A DNA stretch of 32,000 nt from Candidatus Altimarinota bacterium (GCA_041659405.1 JBAZYK010000014.1:1165-33164), one strand, 5' to 3'. Shown: positions 7,192 through 17,248, counted from the first letter of the stretch. Numbers and translations: made by a program. Notes: generated by a model from the sequence alone, not told the origin.

Positions 7192-9117
7192 CTATTTTTT
7201 CAACTTTCTGCGAATTTTTTGAATAGTCATAGAGGCCAGGCCGGATCCGGAAAGAATCCAAATCAATTCAGGGCCGTAATCATTCTGCCTTGGCATTGTT
7301 TCAAGTGAATCCAAAGCGGAAGCATGCAAATCATTAACTGTATTCAAAATATCTGCAGCCGTCTGTGGTAAAGAACTTACCTCGGAAGCAAAAGGAATTC
7401 CCGTTACAAAATCACTCTTCATTGAAGTTTCATTGCCGGCTTCATCAAAAGCGGTAACCGCAAAATAATATTGCTTGCCATTATCCAGATTTGGAACATA
7501 CCAGGTTGTGGAAGTATCTTTTGTATCCGCATAATCCTTAAGATCACTGGCATTATTACCAAAATATACACGATAATGCTTGATTACTGTATTTGGAGCG
7601 GTTAAGGCTTCCCATACCAGAACGACTTTTTTATCACCACCATAAGAGATAACGCCTGAAACCCTGCCGGCAAACTGTCCACCTTGTTGAGTTTGCTGCG
7701 TGCCCTGAGTCTGTTGTGATTCTTGGGTAGTCACGGTTTCCGTTACTGTTACCTGAGCTTTTCCTTTATATGAGCCCTCATTACCAAGTTGATCAACCAA
7801 AATAACATCAACCGGATAAGCGCCTGCAACATTGGGAGCCTGAATAGAGGCAATATAATGCCCCGGCTTATCCAAACTTGGATTCAAAGAAATGATATCC
7901 GAATTGAACACCGCGGCCGACTGAGACAAGTTTTCCTCACTTAATACATCAAGACTTATAGCCTGTCCGGGTTTTACATTATCGGCAGGAGTAAGTGTAA
8001 TTTGATCAACGGTTGGAGGAGTTGTATCAATTGTAATTTGCACAGGATCGGAAGTGCCCTGAATAGTTTGATTTTGATCCAAAGCCACTACATAAAACTT
8101 GTGAGCCCCATCAATAAGTGGAATGGTTTGATAGGTGAATTTACCGGTATTATCCGCCTGAACAGTTCCCATTTCTTGCTGATTATCAAAAATCTTAACT
8201 GTATAGCTAGCAGGAGCGGAACCTGTAATAGATTGATTTTTTTGACTAAAACTGCCGGCAACCGGAGTAGTAATTAACGGCTTGGATAAATTTTGCTGTG
8301 AACCCTGTTGTCCTTGATTACCAACTGTAACGGTAGCAGTTCCCTTTAAAAGAACATTACTTAAATCATTAACATTTACTTTGTAAGTTCCATTCGAGGT
8401 AAAACTTAAACCCAAACTAAATTGATGAACACCCAAATCACTTGCCTTAAAAGTGTAATCTACCGGCAAAGAAACATTATTGCTGTTATCACCTCCAGCT
8501 GAAAAATGAACCGTACCAACATAATCTTGAACAGTCTGATTAGAGGAATCCTGAGCAGTTATCTTAAAACTAACATTCTGACCGGACTGAATACTTACCG
8601 GAAAATCAGAAATTTGGAATTGACTCAACGCGCCAAAATCAGCAGCCTGAGCCACATTAATAAAATTGAAGTCACCACCGACATCTTGCATATATTGCTG
8701 AGAAGACAAAAAAGCGACCTGAGGTCTTTGATCAAGCACAACATTCGCAGTAGAATCAATTACGCTAAAGATAGAAACACCCTTATCCAAAGAAGAAACG
8801 GCAAAACTGGTTTTACCGGATCTATCCGAAATACCGGCAAAACTCAAAGCTTTGATTACATCATTGTTTCTGCTGGAAACGAGTGTTACAGCATGTCCGG
8901 GATACGGAGTGCCAAAAGCATCCATTAGTTGAACCTGGAGCGTTGCTGAGTCCCTGCCATCGTTTTGAATAACAGTTCTACTTACGGTAACGTTCGATTT
9001 TTGAGCTGAAACGGCACTAACGGTAACCTGGCCACTGGATGCCAAAGCCACATAAGGGGTCAAAAACATCAGAATAGTTGTTGCTGAAGCCAAAAATTTA
9101 GATATTTGTTTTTTCAT
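7192..9117 (-). CDS. Secreted/surface multidomain protein with Ig-like (invasin/bacterial-Ig) and fibronectin type III-like domains and a C-terminal membrane anchor
   Basis: Signal peptide MKKQISKFLASATTILMFLTPYVALA; Ig-like segments (VQLMDAFGTPYPGHAVTLVSSRN..SDRSGKTSFAVSS; SITGSAPASYTVKIFDNQQEMGTVQADNTGKFTY); Fn3-like VVLVWEALTAPNTVIKHYRVYFG...YYFAVTAFDEAGNETS; C-terminal YGPELIWILSGSGLASMTIQKIRRKLKK. Confidence 0.82.
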   Translation of the reverse strand: MKKQISKFLASATTILMFLTPYVALASSGQVTVSAVSAQKSNVTVSRTVIQNDGRDSATLQVQLMDAFGTPYPGHAVTLVSSRNNDVIKALSFAGISDRSGKTSFAVSSLDKGVSIFSVIDSTANVVLDQRPQVAFLSSQQYMQDVGGDFNFINVAQAADFGALSQFQISDFPVSIQSGQNVSFKITAQDSSNQTVQDYVGTVHFSAGGDNSNNVSLPVDYTFKASDLGVHQFSLGLSFTSNGTYKVNVNDLSNVLLKGTATVTVGNQGQQGSQQNLSKPLITTPVAGSFSQKNQSITGSAPASYTVKIFDNQQEMGTVQADNTGKFTYQTIPLIDGAHKFYVVALDQNQTIQGTSDPVQITIDTTPPTVDQITLTPADNVKPGQAISLDVLSEENLSQSAAVFNSDIISLNPSLDKPGHYIASIQAPNVAGAYPVDVILVDQLGNEGSYKGKAQVTVTETVTTQESQQTQGTQQTQQGGQFAGRVSGVISYGGDKKVVLVWEALTAPNTVIKHYRVYFGNNASDLKDYADTKDTSTTWYVPNLDNGKQYYFAVTAFDEAGNETSMKSDFVTGIPFASEVSSLPQTAADILNTVNDLHASALDSLETMPRQNDYGPELIWILSGSGLASMTIQKIRRKLKK

Positions 9118-9141
9118 AATGTGAGTTTTATAAATCTTTAC

Positions 9142-9170
9142 ATTATAGCAGAAAACCGCCTAAAAAACAA
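9142..9170 (-). promoter_or_regulatory. Sigma70-like promoter for the secreted protein gene
   Basis: On the minus strand: TTGTTT (9170-9165), 17-nt spacer, TATAAT (9147-9142). It overlaps the 3' end of queA. Confidence 0.6.
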
Positions 9171-10179
9171 ACATGGCATCACCAAAACTATAGAAACGAT
9201 ACTTTCTTCTTATAGCTTCATCATAAGCTTTCAGGGTAAAATCCTTCCCGGCAAAGGAAGAAACCAGTAGCAGCAGCGAACTTTGAGGCAGATGGAAATT
9301 GGTTATCATCCCCCTAACACATTTCCATTCATACCCGGGATAAATAAAAATACTGGTCTTTTGAAGACCGGTCGCAAAGCCGGTTTTTTGGTCAAAAGCA
9401 CTTTCCAGAACCCTAACGGAAGTAGTTCCCACAGCCACAATCCTGCGTCCTTCCTGCTGCGCCTTAAAAAGACGCCCGGCCGTTCCATCATCAATTTCAA
9501 AAAACTCCTCGTGCATTTTATGTTCTTCAATTTTTGGAACCTTAATTGGCAAAAAAGTACCAAGTCCAACATGCAAAGTCACAAATTCCAGCTGGATCCC
9601 CTTATTTTTCAGCTTGGCCAAGAGCTCTTCCGTAAAATGCAAACCGGCCGTTGGCGCCGCCACACTCCCATGTTTATCCGCATAAACGGTTTGATAATCA
9701 GCAAAACTCGCCTGAGGATTTTTAATATATGGCGGAAAGGGAGGTAATCCAACCTTAAAAAGTTCACTCTCTAGATCCGCGCCATTAAGCGAAAAAGCCA
9801 CCAGGCGCTGTCCATCTTCCAGAATATCTTCAACCACAAAAGACAAATTTTCATTGATTTTAAATTCCGCCCCTTGCTTTAAAACCTTTCCGGGCTTGGC
9901 TAAAACAAACCAACGCTGATGATCTTTCTGTCTAATCAGGAAAATTTCCAGCGTTCTTTCTCCACGTTTAAACAAAATTCTGGCAGGAATAACCTTGGAA
10001 TTATTAAAAACCAAAACATCACCGGGATTCAAATAATCTAAAATATCATAAAAATGCTTATGCTCAATTTGCCGTTTAGCACTATCAAGAACCATTAATT
10101 TACAAGAATCTCTGGGTGTAGCCGGCTTTTGCGCAATCAGCTCCGGCGGCAAGCAATAGTCAAAATCCTTTAAGAACAT
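9160..10179 (-). CDS. queA: S-adenosylmethionine:tRNA ribosyltransferase-isomerase
   Basis: FDYCLPPELIAQKPATPRDSCKLMVLD, LNPGDVLVFNNSKVIPARI, GSVAAPTAGLHFTEELL, VTLHVGLGTFLPIKV, MITNFHLPQSSLLLLVSSF. Confidence 0.97.
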   Translation of the reverse strand: MFLKDFDYCLPPELIAQKPATPRDSCKLMVLDSAKRQIEHKHFYDILDYLNPGDVLVFNNSKVIPARILFKRGERTLEIFLIRQKDHQRWFVLAKPGKVLKQGAEFKINENLSFVVEDILEDGQRLVAFSLNGADLESELFKVGLPPFPPYIKNPQASFADYQTVYADKHGSVAAPTAGLHFTEELLAKLKNKGIQLEFVTLHVGLGTFLPIKVPKIEEHKMHEEFFEIDDGTAGRLFKAQQEGRRIVAVGTTSVRVLESAFDQKTGFATGLQKTSIFIYPGYEWKCVRGMITNFHLPQSSLLLLVSSFAGKDFTLKAYDEAIRRKYRFYSFGDAMFVF

Positions 10180-10181
10180 AA

Positions 10182-11375
10182 TTATAAAATTGATTTCTCT
10201 TTATCATTAGCTGCAGGAACTTGTGGCTCCGCCATATCACTCCAGCTGGTCGAATTTTTAACAGCTGTTTCGATTGTGTCTTTAGAGCCGCTAAAACGAA
10301 TCGCCATCAAAGTCACATCGTCTTCCTGAACATGATCCTGAACAAATCTGGAAAAATCACGTGCAACATGAAACACAATTCCTTCAGGGCCATATTGCGG
10401 CGCATAAAGTTGAATTGCCTGCTTTAATCTATCCAGTCCAAACATTTCACCGGCCATATTTCTGGCTTCTGTAAGACCATCACTGTAAAGAATAATCACG
10501 TCATCTTTCATCAATGGAAGCGTAACTTCTTTCACGATTTTGCTGTTATCGGCAACCATTCCAAGAGCAATACCACCGGCCATTTTATCTTCACATTCTC
10601 CTTTGTGGGCTCTGTAAACAAGCAAATGCTCGTGACCGGCTCCCACATAACTCATTGTTTGAGTAGTCGAATTCCATTTCAACATCAACATCGTCATGAA
10701 CATGGTTGACTTGATTCTGGCCTTTAATTGGCGGTTTGTTTGAACCACAACATCATAAGCACTATCATAAACATCAACCAAAGTATGAATCAGCGTATTC
10801 ACCATCATCATGATCAAAGCCGCAGGAACTCCATGTCCGGTCACATCTCCAATGTAAATAAAAGTATTATCTTTATTAGTTATGAAATCGAAATTATCAC
10901 CACCAAGCTCAACAGCCGGCCTTGTTTTGGCTACAATGTCCAATCCCGCAATGTGTGGCGCGGCAGTCGGCAAAATCTCTTTTTGAATCTGCCCGGCAAT
11001 TTCCAGCTCACCCATCATGCGTTTTCCTTCACGCAGTTGATTGGAGATTTTTTCAAAATTTCTGGTAACTTCATTAAAAAAATGAGCGATAACCCCAATT
11101 TCATCAATCCTTTTACTAAAGAATCTTTTGTATTCTTTTCCCATTAACAAAGCCCTGATTTCATTTAAAATAACGTTCATTGGTCTGACAAACTCATACC
11201 AGTAAACAAGCAGGAAATAAGCCAAAAAGAAGACAAGCACCCCGGCAAAAGTAACCAGACTTATATTTTGATAATTCTGAGAAAAAAAGTAATAAACTAT
11301 TACAGCGGCCAACACTGTAAAAAGAATAAAATAGTTAAATACTTTCCAAAGGATGCTTTTTCTGAAGAAATTCAT
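10182..11375 (-). CDS. Membrane HAMP-domain PP2C/SpoIIE-type (RsbU-like) protein serine phosphatase
   Basis: Two N-terminal TMs, a HAMP-like region (RPMNVILNEIRALLMGKEYKRFFSKRIDEIGVIAHFFNEV), then ELAGQ-like IAGQIQKEILPTAAP, VELGGDNFDFITN, IYIGDVTGHGVPAALIMMMV, YVGAGHEHLLVY, LYSDGLTEARN, VQEDDVTLMAIRF. Confidence 0.93.
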   Translation of the reverse strand: MNFFRKSILWKVFNYFILFTVLAAVIVYYFFSQNYQNISLVTFAGVLVFFLAYFLLVYWYEFVRPMNVILNEIRALLMGKEYKRFFSKRIDEIGVIAHFFNEVTRNFEKISNQLREGKRMMGELEIAGQIQKEILPTAAPHIAGLDIVAKTRPAVELGGDNFDFITNKDNTFIYIGDVTGHGVPAALIMMMVNTLIHTLVDVYDSAYDVVVQTNRQLKARIKSTMFMTMLMLKWNSTTQTMSYVGAGHEHLLVYRAHKGECEDKMAGGIALGMVADNSKIVKEVTLPLMKDDVIILYSDGLTEARNMAGEMFGLDRLKQAIQLYAPQYGPEGIVFHVARDFSRFVQDHVQEDDVTLMAIRFSGSKDTIETAVKNSTSWSDMAEPQVPAANDKEKSIL

Positions 11376-11384
11376 AAAAATAAA

Positions 11385-11753
11385 TTAAGCTCCGATTTTT
11401 TCCACAAACTGGTTTAAAGTATCATAGTAAGTAACCACTGAAAAAAGACCAATTACCTGAAAAATATCTTTAACATTAGCCTTGGCATTAACAACAACCA
11501 AAGCCTTTCCGGTTTTAACCAAATGTGAATGGATAGCCATTAAAAAGCCAATACTTTCACTGTTGATATAATCCAAAGCACCAAAATCAAAAACCAGATA
11601 TTGCAAACTGTAATTTTCGATTAAGGCCTCAAGTTTGCCCTTAACTTCGGTCAAACCGGCTTTATCCATTTCACCACGGAATTCCACCACCTGATATTTA
11701 TTTAAAGGCGGAACAATTTGAATAGTTAGATTTTCTGCTGAATAGTCACTCAT
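11385..11753 (-). CDS. STAS-domain anti-sigma factor antagonist-like protein (122 aa)
   Basis: VEFRGEMDKAGLTEVKGKLEALIE...LVFDFGALDYINSESIGFLMAIHSHLVKTGKALVVVNAKANVKDIFQVIGLFSVVTYYDTLNQFV has the SpoIIAA-like fold pattern. INSESIG aligns with the canonical DSSGLG phospho-site segment. Confidence 0.92.
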   Translation of the reverse strand: MSDYSAENLTIQIVPPLNKYQVVEFRGEMDKAGLTEVKGKLEALIENYSLQYLVFDFGALDYINSESIGFLMAIHSHLVKTGKALVVVNAKANVKDIFQVIGLFSVVTYYDTLNQFVEKIGA

Positions 11754-11768
11754 ATTTAAAAAATTAAA

Positions 11769-14189
11769 TTATACAGGCTCTAATACTTGAGCATTTTGAA
11801 TTAAAGAAGTAGAAGCAATTTCAATTTCGGAAGATTTTCTTTTCTCTAAAATATCATCAATCAACTGTGCTTCATGATAAGCCTCCAGACAAAGATAGGC
11901 TTCTTTAAGCTTAAATAACAATTCAGAGTCGGCACTTTGCAATAAAGAATTCATATTGGGTGACTTGAAAAACAAATGATGTAATTTTACCGAAATTTCT
12001 TTTTGTAATACCGAAACCATGACCATCTGCAAGTCTGGACTCAACTCATGCAAAAGTTCACGCGTCTTGGCTAAGACTACTGAATTTTTCCCCAAAAGTA
12101 AATGAGCAAGATAGCTTCCGGCTTCCCGATAACCCAATTTCAAAAGCGAACAGGAGGCATACAATCGCAACTCCGGATTGGAAACGGTAAGATAGGGGAT
12201 TAATTCGTTCCTTCCCTCGCCAATATCTCCGGCAATCGAACACGCAGCGACCTGATCGTTGAAAGAAATCGATCTCAACATAAAATAAAAAATCTTCTTC
12301 AACCTGGTGCGCAACTTTTTAAATTGCCAAAGCGTCACCAACGCCTGCGCTCTAACAAAAGCATCCCCGGCGTGCAAATAAGGCTCAACATAATAAATAA
12401 TATTCGGATCATTAAATAACTCGCAAGCACGAATGGAAGCAGCCTGCAATTTAGGCCCGGAATTCTTTAAAATATCCAACAAAAAAGGAACAATTTCCGG
12501 ATCACGAAAATGCGCCAAAGTTTTAATAATCGCAGTTTGAATTTGTTCATTTGGCTTTTCTGCAAACAATTTCTTTAGTTCATCAATAACCCTGTATCTG
12601 GCAAAAGACTGTTTAAGCATATATTTCTTCAACCGAGGAAATGCTTCTAAAGCCTTTATTGCAGCCAATACTAGATGTTGATCCTTGGAATTAAGAAAGT
12701 GCAAAATATCGGGGATATTTTCAATATTTCCAATCTTCCCAAGCATTTGTAGAATTTTGACCTTGATCAAGGTATCCTCGGAACTCTTATGTAAAGCCTT
12801 AACCAAAATAGGAGCGGCATTTTTATGGCCCTGTTGAGACAAAATTTCAATTGCATGCAGTTTTGAAATGGCATTTTCACCAATCGAAAGATTATTTTGA
12901 GCAAGCTTTGTATAACGATTTTGAAGTCTGAATGTAAGAACCACCATTGCCAGTGCCAAAGTCACAAAGCTCAATTGTATGAGCAAAGACGCATCTTTTT
13001 CCAGAAAAAACCATTGAATAAACAAAAGCATGACTGTTCCAATGATAGTTCCAAGTGGCAATAAAAGTGCTTCAAAAAGCTCTCTTACCTGGCGTTGTGT
13101 CCCATGCTTTAAGGCATAATAAGAAGCCTCATAGGCATTCCTGTTTATTACACCGGAAATCTCAAAATTATTCTTTGCCAAGATCGTAGTAAAAGTTCCA
13201 AACCCAAAAAATAAAGATAAAGCGCTAAAAAACGTCATCAAGGCATGAATCATAAAACTGGCCACAGTACCATATTTTTTCAAGATTCTACTTGCAACAA
13301 ATAACTGAACAAAAAGCGCGCAGGCATTAAACAAGATATAAAAAGACGCCAATCCCTGAGTCAGCCCTTCTTCCTGAGCAGCCTCCGTTTGAACGCCATG
13401 CAATCCACCTTCAATCACGTTAGTATATTGATACTCAAGCAGATGGGCAATAATCCATTGTAAAAGGAAAATCACAAATAAAGATTGTAGAAAAGGAACA
13501 GACCGCAAATGAGTTACCGCAGACTTAAATTCCCTAAAACGTTCCACCAAGAATGGCTTTTCTGAAACCTTTTTAGCATGAATGATATGATGATAAGAAG
13601 AAACTTTTGGTTGCAAAAACAAAGTAACACTTACCAGTAAAAATAAGAAAAATGTCCAAATATAGAGTAATTTAACCGGTTGAACAAACATGGTTAAACT
13701 GGCAGCCAACAAACCCGCAAAGATACCACCAAGCGTTTCCGAAGAATCAATAATCGGGGAGATTCTTTCACATTCCAATGGCGAGAAAAAGTCCTCCAGA
13801 TAGTTCGAAATAAATATTGTTAATTGAGGAACAAAAATACCAAAAGTAAGCAACAAAAAAGCAAAGAATATAAAAACATGATTCAAAAACAAAGTCGCAA
13901 CAAACAATAACGAGCCGGAAATCAGAGCACACATAACAATAAGGCTCCTAACCGATAAATGCTCATGTAGAAAAGCAAACAAGAACATTCCCAAAATATT
14001 TAAAAGAGCCTGGATCAAGAAAAGATAGGGGAGCGAAGTGATCGAAAATCTTGTAACAAACATGGCTGTTAAAACCGTCCAGCCAATCACAAACCCCACA
14101 CGATGCAAAAACTTCACAAACCAGGCGTAAGCCGTTCTTGGCAATTCGTGAGGAGAAATATTAAAGATTTTTTCAATAAGTTTTAGCAT
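11769..14189 (-). CDS. MFS / ATP-ADP translocase-like membrane protein fused to C-terminal HEAT repeats (806 aa)
   Basis: About 12 hydrophobic segments in the first ~430 aa, followed by HEAT-like helical repeats (AILVKALHKSSEDTLIKVKILQMLGKIGNIENIPDILHFLNSKDQHLVLAAIKALEAF; QTAIIKTLAHFRDPEIVPFLLDILKNSGPKLQAASIRA). Confidence 0.78.
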   Translation of the reverse strand: MLKLIEKIFNISPHELPRTAYAWFVKFLHRVGFVIGWTVLTAMFVTRFSITSLPYLFLIQALLNILGMFLFAFLHEHLSVRSLIVMCALISGSLLFVATLFLNHVFIFFAFLLLTFGIFVPQLTIFISNYLEDFFSPLECERISPIIDSSETLGGIFAGLLAASLTMFVQPVKLLYIWTFFLFLLVSVTLFLQPKVSSYHHIIHAKKVSEKPFLVERFREFKSAVTHLRSVPFLQSLFVIFLLQWIIAHLLEYQYTNVIEGGLHGVQTEAAQEEGLTQGLASFYILFNACALFVQLFVASRILKKYGTVASFMIHALMTFFSALSLFFGFGTFTTILAKNNFEISGVINRNAYEASYYALKHGTQRQVRELFEALLLPLGTIIGTVMLLFIQWFFLEKDASLLIQLSFVTLALAMVVLTFRLQNRYTKLAQNNLSIGENAISKLHAIEILSQQGHKNAAPILVKALHKSSEDTLIKVKILQMLGKIGNIENIPDILHFLNSKDQHLVLAAIKALEAFPRLKKYMLKQSFARYRVIDELKKLFAEKPNEQIQTAIIKTLAHFRDPEIVPFLLDILKNSGPKLQAASIRACELFNDPNIIYYVEPYLHAGDAFVRAQALVTLWQFKKLRTRLKKIFYFMLRSISFNDQVAACSIAGDIGEGRNELIPYLTVSNPELRLYASCSLLKLGYREAGSYLAHLLLGKNSVVLAKTRELLHELSPDLQMVMVSVLQKEISVKLHHLFFKSPNMNSLLQSADSELLFKLKEAYLCLEAYHEAQLIDDILEKRKSSEIEIASTSLIQNAQVLEPV

Positions 14190-14236
14190 TGTTTTTTATT
14201 TTTGAGTTTATTTTGAGCTTCTTCAATAATTAATAT

Positions 14237-14265
14237 ATTATAATACACAAGCGCAAATATAGCAA
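14237..14265 (-). promoter_or_regulatory. Sigma70-like promoter for the MFS-HEAT / STAS / phosphatase / queA cluster
   Basis: On the minus strand: TTGCTA (14265-14260), 17-nt spacer, TATAAT (14242-14237), about 48 nt upstream of the start codon. Confidence 0.6.
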
Positions 14266-14310
14266 TGCTAAAGCCAAGCAGCGAAGCGTTCGCCAAGAAA
14301 TAATTCTCTC

Positions 14311-15417
14311 CTAAAACTTACCTTTATACCGAATATCCCCAACAATCAAAACATCCGGCCCAAACCTTTTAGTTTCAAGATTGATTAAATCTATACTTTT
14401 AGCCATTTTATTGATTCCAAGATCATTAACAAAGGGGATTCCTCCGCCAATAATCCTTGGCGCAATAAAAAAGTAACTTTTCTGAATCAGTCTCTCTTTC
14501 AAAAAAGCGGTAAAAAGCCCACCACCGGCCTCCAGCATAATTTTTCCAATATTTTTTTGGTATAAATCCTTAAGCAAATTTTTTAAAGGAATTCTCTCCC
14601 CGGGATAAACCAAAACCTCGATCCCTTTTTGCTTAAAAGCCTCAAATTTAACACCTTTAGCCACATTTGTAGCAACAATCACATTTTGATCACGATAAAC
14701 TTTGGCATCAAGACCGGTTTCAAGCCTGGAATCAATAATAATTCGCTTAGGATCTTTTCCCTTAACCATCCTCACTCCCAAATGCGAATCATCACTTAAA
14801 ACGGTTTTAGCCGACGTCACAATCGCATCCACCCAATTTCTCATTCTGTGAACTTCTTTTCGTGATTCCTCACCGGTAATCCATTTTGAATCTCCTGTAG
14901 CTGTCGCGATTTTTCCATCCAGCGTTATTGCCATTTTAGAGATAACAAACGGTGATTTATGCAGAACATTATGAATAAAAACCTCATTTAATTTCCGAGC
15001 TTCCTGCTCAAGCAGTCCAATTTCAACCTTTATTCCGGCTTTTTTTAACAACTCCATACCCTTTCCATTCACTAATTTAAACGGGTCACGCATGGCTATT
15101 TTAACGTGCTTAACACCTTTGTTGATCAAATAATTTGTACAAGGAGGAGTCTTCCCAAAGTGAGCACAAGGCTCCAAAGTAACATATAAAATTCCGCCTT
15201 TAATCTGTTGAGGTGATAACTTGGAAAGCGCCTCAACCTCTGCATGTGGCCGACCGGCTTTTTTATGATAACCTTCAGCAATAATTTTATTATTTTTCAC
15301 AAATACAGCCCCAACCATTGGATTAGGGAAAGTTCGCCCCCTGGCTTTTTCAGCAAGCACAAAAGCCCTTTGCATAAAAAGCCTGTCCTGTTTAGAAAAT
15401 TTATTAGACATAATCAA
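14311..15417 (-). CDS. ribD: Bifunctional diaminohydroxyphosphoribosylaminopyrimidine deaminase / 5-amino-6-(5-phosphoribosylamino)uracil reductase
   Basis: FPNPMVGAVFVKNNKIIAEGYHKKAGRPHAEVEAL, YVTLEPCAHFGKTPPCTNYLI and a reductase domain (KMAITLDGKIATATGDSKWITGEESRKEVHRMRN; GGGLFTAFLKERLIQKSYFFIAPRIIGG). Confidence 0.97.
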   Translation of the reverse strand: MIMSNKFSKQDRLFMQRAFVLAEKARGRTFPNPMVGAVFVKNNKIIAEGYHKKAGRPHAEVEALSKLSPQQIKGGILYVTLEPCAHFGKTPPCTNYLINKGVKHVKIAMRDPFKLVNGKGMELLKKAGIKVEIGLLEQEARKLNEVFIHNVLHKSPFVISKMAITLDGKIATATGDSKWITGEESRKEVHRMRNWVDAIVTSAKTVLSDDSHLGVRMVKGKDPKRIIIDSRLETGLDAKVYRDQNVIVATNVAKGVKFEAFKQKGIEVLVYPGERIPLKNLLKDLYQKNIGKIMLEAGGGLFTAFLKERLIQKSYFFIAPRIIGGGIPFVNDLGINKMAKSIDLINLETKRFGPDVLIVGDIRYKGKF

Positions 15418-16018
15418 GCAAGTGACCTAAACGATTTTTTTTTGTTAACAAATAGCCTTTATTTACTTTATTAGGTTTAATTTGAATTGATATACGCTTA
15501 ACAACATCAATGCCGCACTGCGTAATTTCTTTTATTTTTTTAGGATTATTGGTAAGAAGTTTAATTTTCTTCACTCCAAATTCAGCCAACATCAAAGCGG
15601 CAATATCATATTCCCTGGCATCCGCTTCAAACCCCAATTGCTTATTTGCATCCACCGTATCAAAACCAAGATCCTGCAAAGCATAAGCCTTAATCTTATT
15701 GACCAAACCAATACCACGCCCCTCCTGTCTTAAATAAAGCAAGATACCGGACTTTTCTTTTTTGATTTGTTTTAAACTTGCTTGAAGCTGGGGCCCACAA
15801 TCACAACGCAATGAACCAAAAATATCACCGGTTAAACATTCAGAATGAATTCTAACCAACATCGGTGTATCTTTTTTAATTTTCCCCATCACCAAAGCAA
15901 CATGCTCTTTATTATCTTTTCCTCTAAACACATACAAATGGAACAGGCCGGATTTTGTTGGAAGCAAAGCGTCAGCCACCTTTTTTAACTGATTTTTTTT
16001 GTTGTTTTCTGTATTCAA
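15404..16018 (-). CDS. ribA: GTP cyclohydrolase II
   Basis: RIHSECLTGDIFGSLRCDCGPQLQASL and YLRQEGRGIGLVNKIKAYALQDLGFDTVDANKQLGF; zinc-binding cysteines and the GTP-binding region are present. Confidence 0.97.
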   Translation of the reverse strand: MNTENNKKNQLKKVADALLPTKSGLFHLYVFRGKDNKEHVALVMGKIKKDTPMLVRIHSECLTGDIFGSLRCDCGPQLQASLKQIKKEKSGILLYLRQEGRGIGLVNKIKAYALQDLGFDTVDANKQLGFEADAREYDIAALMLAEFGVKKIKLLTNNPKKIKEITQCGIDVVKRISIQIKPNKVNKGYLLTKKNRLGHLLDYV

Positions 16019-16610
16019 TGAGATCCTTTATTGAAATAAGTCTTAGTTTATAATTTTTAGCAAATTCAATCAAAAAAGGCAAACGTGCCATTTCCCCACT
16101 ATCTTCAGCAATTTCACAAAGTACACCAACTTCCTTTAATCCCGCCAACTTCATCAAATCCAACGTGGCCTCTGTATGTCCCGGTCTTTCAAAAACACCA
16201 TCATCACAGGCACGAATAGGAAAAACATGTCCGGGTTGAGCAAAATCATCGGACTTGGAAGAATCGGAAGCCAGAGAATTTATTGTTTTAGCTCTATCGG
16301 AAGCCGAAATTCCTGTTGTAGTTCCAAAACGATAATCAATCGAAATAGTAAAATTAGTCCTAAAAGCCTCATTATTCTTTTTAGCCATATGGTAAAGATC
16401 CAGTCGATCCGCCAACTTATTTGAAATAGGAGCACAAATCAACCCACGGCCTTTTTGCGCCATGAAATTTATGTCGGCAGCTGTCACTTTTTCCCCGGAC
16501 ATAATCAGATCACCTTCATTCTCCCGATCTTCATCATCAACCACCACAAGCATCTTGCCTGCTTTAATATCCTCAATAGCGGCCTCAATACCTTTCAAAA
16601 TATCCTTCAT
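15972..16610 (-). CDS. ribB: 3,4-dihydroxy-2-butanone-4-phosphate synthase
   Basis: [98 protein letters not shown]. Confidence 0.97.
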   Translation of the reverse strand: MKDILKGIEAAIEDIKAGKMLVVVDDEDRENEGDLIMSGEKVTAADINFMAQKGRGLICAPISNKLADRLDLYHMAKKNNEAFRTNFTISIDYRFGTTTGISASDRAKTINSLASDSSKSDDFAQPGHVFPIRACDDGVFERPGHTEATLDLMKLAGLKEVGVLCEIAEDSGEMARLPFLIEFAKNYKLRLISIKDLIEYRKQQKKSVKKGG

Positions 16611-16619
16611 TATTAAAAT

Positions 16620-17207
16620 TTAAACGGAGAAACGTGCGAAACGAACGATTTTAATATTTTCACCCATCTTTGTAATTGCATGGACCAAAAGCCCTTCAAT
16701 CGTCTTTTCCGGATCTTTAACAAAAACCTGTTTTAAAAGCGCATTTTCTTCACGGAATTTTTTTTCTTTACCTGTCAAAATCATTTCGATCATTTTATCG
16801 TTTTTTCCTTCATTTTTTAATTGCTGATGCCAAATTTCACGCTCTTTTTCAACCAATTCATGAGAAACATCATCAGGTGATAAAACCAAAGGATTCATCG
16901 CTGCGATATGCATGGCGATATCTTTTGCCAAGTTTTGGAACTCTTCATTCTTAGCAACGAAATCAGTTTCACATCCAATTTGAACAATAACGCCAAGTTT
17001 ACCATTTCCATGAATATAACTCGCTACAGTACCCTGACTTGTAGATCTTTCACCTCTTTCAATAGCCTTGGCTTCACCCTTTTTTCTAAGTGTATCAATA
17101 GCTTTATTTAAATCACCATCAGCCTCTTCCATAGCCTTCTTACAAGCCATCATGGATGATCCGGTGACCTCGCGTAATTCCTTAATTTGCTCAAGTGTAA
17201 CTGCCAT
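16620..17207 (-). CDS. tsf: Translation elongation factor Ts
   Basis: [68 protein letters not shown]. Compact 195-aa form. Confidence 0.98.
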   Translation of the reverse strand: MAVTLEQIKELREVTGSSMMACKKAMEEADGDLNKAIDTLRKKGEAKAIERGERSTSQGTVASYIHGNGKLGVIVQIGCETDFVAKNEEFQNLAKDIAMHIAAMNPLVLSPDDVSHELVEKEREIWHQQLKNEGKNDKMIEMILTGKEKKFREENALLKQVFVKDPEKTIEGLLVHAITKMGENIKIVRFARFSV

Positions 17208-17248
17208 TTCAATGAAAAGTTATAAAATAAGTAAATATAAAACCAAAT

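Noticed and set aside
8506-8928. 140-aa plus-strand ORF inside the secreted protein gene
   Set aside because: Antisense shadow of a well-supported signal-peptide/Ig-domain CDS, with no recognisable motifs.
9283-9747. 154-aa plus-strand ORF antisense to queA
   Set aside because: The queA frame carries all family motifs; the antisense frame has none.
10728-11147. 139-aa plus-strand ORF antisense to the phosphatase gene
   Set aside because: Composition artefact with no family features; the opposite strand encodes the full SpoIIE motif set.
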